A stretch of 32,000 bases of DNA from contig CP060262.1 in NCBI GenBank assembly GCA_022646745.1, forward strand, positions 60,001 through 92,000, given 5' to 3'. Source of the stretch: Planctomycetales bacterium. Its GTDB lineage: Bacteria; 4484-113; JAFGCY01. The position numbers and the translations under genes were made by a program. This document shows positions 29,959 through 32,000 of this stretch, piece after piece (the first letter of the stretch is position 1; every line of letters starts with the position of its first letter). Under the pieces are notes generated by a model. The model ran no database searches. It was not told the origin of the DNA and worked only from the letters and a program-made list of their open reading frames with translations.

Positions 29959-32000
29959 ATGCGTACCCGCACTGATGTCAGAACCGGCGTCCTGCGCCTC
30001 GTTTCGATCCTCCCAGCCTTGCTGCTGGGGATTGCCAGCCTGTCCTGCGGCGGGAAGCAGCAGGGCCTGGAACCAGCAACGGAAACCGCACTGCAGACCG
30101 GGCAGCCGCTCGAAGGAATTCCCGGCTGGCCTTCCGCTGTACCAATTGACAAGGTACAGCCCTGGGAGCAGCTTGACGGCAACGGCCAGGTCATTCCCGC
30201 ACAGCGCACAGCCAGCGCCATCAACCAGCAAAGTGAGTTCATCCCCGGTGTGGAGCGCTTCACTTCCTCCGGCAATGTGACTGACAACGGCGAAGCCAGC
30301 AGGATTGCCAGTACCGCCGGCACCAGCGCGCAGGCCACCTTCCGCATCCAGCTCGCTGGCGGTCATCCCGGTGTTGTCAGCGTGGATGCCAACCTGCTGG
30401 CCGGCAAGGGCTACTACCTCGGCCTCGCCGACTACGGCAGCGGCCGCTGGCAGTGGCACGGCCCGTTCACCGACAACCATGTGCGCATCTCCACCGCCCT
30501 GCAGGGCCCCTACACTTCCAGCCTCGGCAACCTGTTCATCAGCGTGCTGGTGCACGGCGGCACAGCAGCCGACATCGTCGGCATCGGCATGAACCCGGAG
30601 GACCCGGCGGACAGCAGCGCTCCACCCCAGCCCAGCGGCCTGTCAGCCACTGCGCTCAACGGTACCCTGCTGCTTGACTGGGACAGCGTGATCGCAGGCG
30701 ACCTGGCCGGTTACCGGATCTACCACTCAGGCGCTGAATTCACCAGCGGCGACGAGGCGGGCGTGCTCCGGCTTGACAGCCTGGAGGGCTTCAACCAGCA
30801 CCTGCTGGCCCTGCCGTCCGGCAATGCGGCGTACGTCCGCGTCAGTGCCGTTGACATCTCCGGCAATGAGTCCCCGCTCAGTGAGATCGCTTCCGCTGTC
30901 CCGCTTGCAGGAACTCCGCCGCAACTGGCAATAAACGTTGACAAGCCCAGCGGGATGCTGTCCGAATCCGTATCGCTGACAGCCAGCGGTGCAGAGCTGT
31001 ATGACTTCGACCTGGACGGCGACGGCATCTATGACATCACCGGCAGCTCGTCAGGCAGCGCCCAGGTTGATACAACCAGCCTCGGCATCATCCGGCCAAG
31101 GGTGCGTGGCACAGGCCCGGAGGGTACGGCGGTGGCGCTCGGCGCCGTCAGCCTGGTGGTCACCGGCAACAGCCGCCCGGTGGCTGTCGCCAGCTCCGAC
31201 CTGTCAAGCGGGGCCGCCCCGCTGGATGTCAGCTTCAGCGGCAGCGAAAGCACGGACTTCGACGGCAGCGTGGTCGGTGGTGGCTGGGACTTCGACGGTG
31301 ACGGCACATACGATGTCTGGGACGACACGGACATCGTGCATGTCACTTCCGCCATGCACACTTACTCCGCGGCCGGCGTCTACAACGCCAAGCTGCGTGT
31401 GCTGGATGACCAGGGGGCATGGGACGTGGACACGGTCACAATCGTCGTCACGCCCGAACCCGACCCTGACAACATCGATCCGTCCGCACACCTCTCCGTT
31501 GACCCGACATACGGCGACACGGGAGTCCTCGTGACACTGGATGCTTCCAGCTCCGCAGACCTTGATGGCAGCATCGTTCTGTACGAGTACGACTTCAATG
31601 GCGACGGCCTGTATGACGGAAGCGGCGCCGTGAGCAGCATCAGCCGCAAGTACGATGAGATGGGTGTATTCAATGTCGGCGTACGAGTCACGGATGACAA
31701 CGGCGCGCAGGACACAGCAACTGCCAGCCTGCGCATCAACGAAGTGCCCAGCCTGCACACCTCCTGGCCAGGCCTTGGCCGTGACAACCGCAACACGCGG
31801 CGCAGTCCGTACAACGGGGCGCAGACCAACAGTGTGAAGTGGGCATTCAGTCCAGGCGGTTCGGTGTCTTCATCACCTGCCATCGGCAGCGACGGGACGA
31901 TATATGTCGGCAGTGCAAACCACAGGATTAACGCAATCAATCCGGACGGCACCCTCAAGTGGTACTACACTACACCTGAAGGATTCTATTCTTCACCTGC
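29959..32000 (+). CDS. large lipoprotein (N-terminal module paralogous to the 24571-26490 protein, FN3, PKD x3, PQQ-like beta-propeller start); 3' end beyond the window
   Basis: I translated frame 1 by hand from the ATG at 29959 and found it open to the window end (680 codons). It is absent from the ORF track because it has no stop. Signal and lipobox read MRTRTDVRTGVLRLVSILPALLLGIASLSC. An FN3-like segment reads PPQPSGLSATALNGTLLLDWD ... VRVSAVDISGNESP. PKD-like segments include DFDGDGTYD and YNAKLRVLDDQGAWD. The C-terminal part reads WPGLGRDNRNTRRSPY ... SSPAIGSDGTIYVGS. Confidence 0.75.
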   Translation, partial: MRTRTDVRTGVLRLVSILPALLLGIASLSCGGKQQGLEPATETALQTGQPLEGIPGWPSAVPIDKVQPWEQLDGNGQVIPAQRTASAINQQSEFIPGVERFTSSGNVTDNGEASRIASTAGTSAQATFRIQLAGGHPGVVSVDANLLAGKGYYLGLADYGSGRWQWHGPFTDNHVRISTALQGPYTSSLGNLFISVLVHGGTAADIVGIGMNPEDPADSSAPPQPSGLSATALNGTLLLDWDSVIAGDLAGYRIYHSGAEFTSGDEAGVLRLDSLEGFNQHLLALPSGNAAYVRVSAVDISGNESPLSEIASAVPLAGTPPQLAINVDKPSGMLSESVSLTASGAELYDFDLDGDGIYDITGSSSGSAQVDTTSLGIIRPRVRGTGPEGTAVALGAVSLVVTGNSRPVAVASSDLSSGAAPLDVSFSGSESTDFDGSVVGGGWDFDGDGTYDVWDDTDIVHVTSAMHTYSAAGVYNAKLRVLDDQGAWDVDTVTIVVTPEPDPDNIDPSAHLSVDPTYGDTGVLVTLDASSSADLDGSIVLYEYDFNGDGLYDGSGAVSSISRKYDEMGVFNVGVRVTDDNGAQDTATASLRINEVPSLHTSWPGLGRDNRNTRRSPYNGAQTNSVKWAFSPGGSVSSSPAIGSDGTIYVGSANHRINAINPDGTLKWYYTTPEGFYSSP

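Overview
GC-rich bacterial chromosomal window. I support 24 protein-coding genes and found no rRNA, tRNA, CRISPR array, transposase or integrase. Left to right: (1) an amidohydrolase; (2) a REC-like/PP2C (SpoIIE-type) phosphatase next to a polytopic membrane protein; (3) an M2/ACE-like gluzincin peptidase translationally coupled to a lipoprotein; (4) a long minus-strand operon (Nudix hydrolase, 1023-aa BatA-N/vWA membrane protein, PQQ-like beta-propeller lipoprotein, ABC-2 permease, 808-aa secreted/membrane protein) joined by overlapping stop/start codons; (5) an Avd/23S-IVS-type four-helix-bundle gene; (6) tdh-kbl threonine catabolism; (7) an 82-aa triple zinc-ribbon mini-protein; (8) a type-B succinate dehydrogenase/fumarate reductase locus that is disrupted twice; (9) a large FN3/PKD/PQQ lipoprotein that runs off the right edge and is absent from the ORF track because it has no stop in the window. 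In the sdh locus, a TIR-like ORF sits between sdhC and sdhA. Two opposite-strand genes (a PKD/BNR lipoprotein and an alpha/beta hydrolase split by a multi-TM insert) separate sdhA from sdhB. The strongest non-coding signal is a modular family of intergenic elements at every operon end. Its parts are GGAGG-prefixed, mostly GNRA-capped GC hairpins starting at or just after stop codons (one 25-mer recurs exactly on opposite strands), stems built from 7- or 8-nt periodic units with compensatory substitutions, and STRR-like tandem heptamer arrays (CTGCCTT, CTCCAAC, CACCCTG/CAACCTG, GTTCCCT, TTGCTCA, CAGTGGT). Inverted heptamer arrays bracket the four-helix-bundle gene, an IVS-like cassette outside rRNA. 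All family assignments come from motif recognition by eye; no searches were run.
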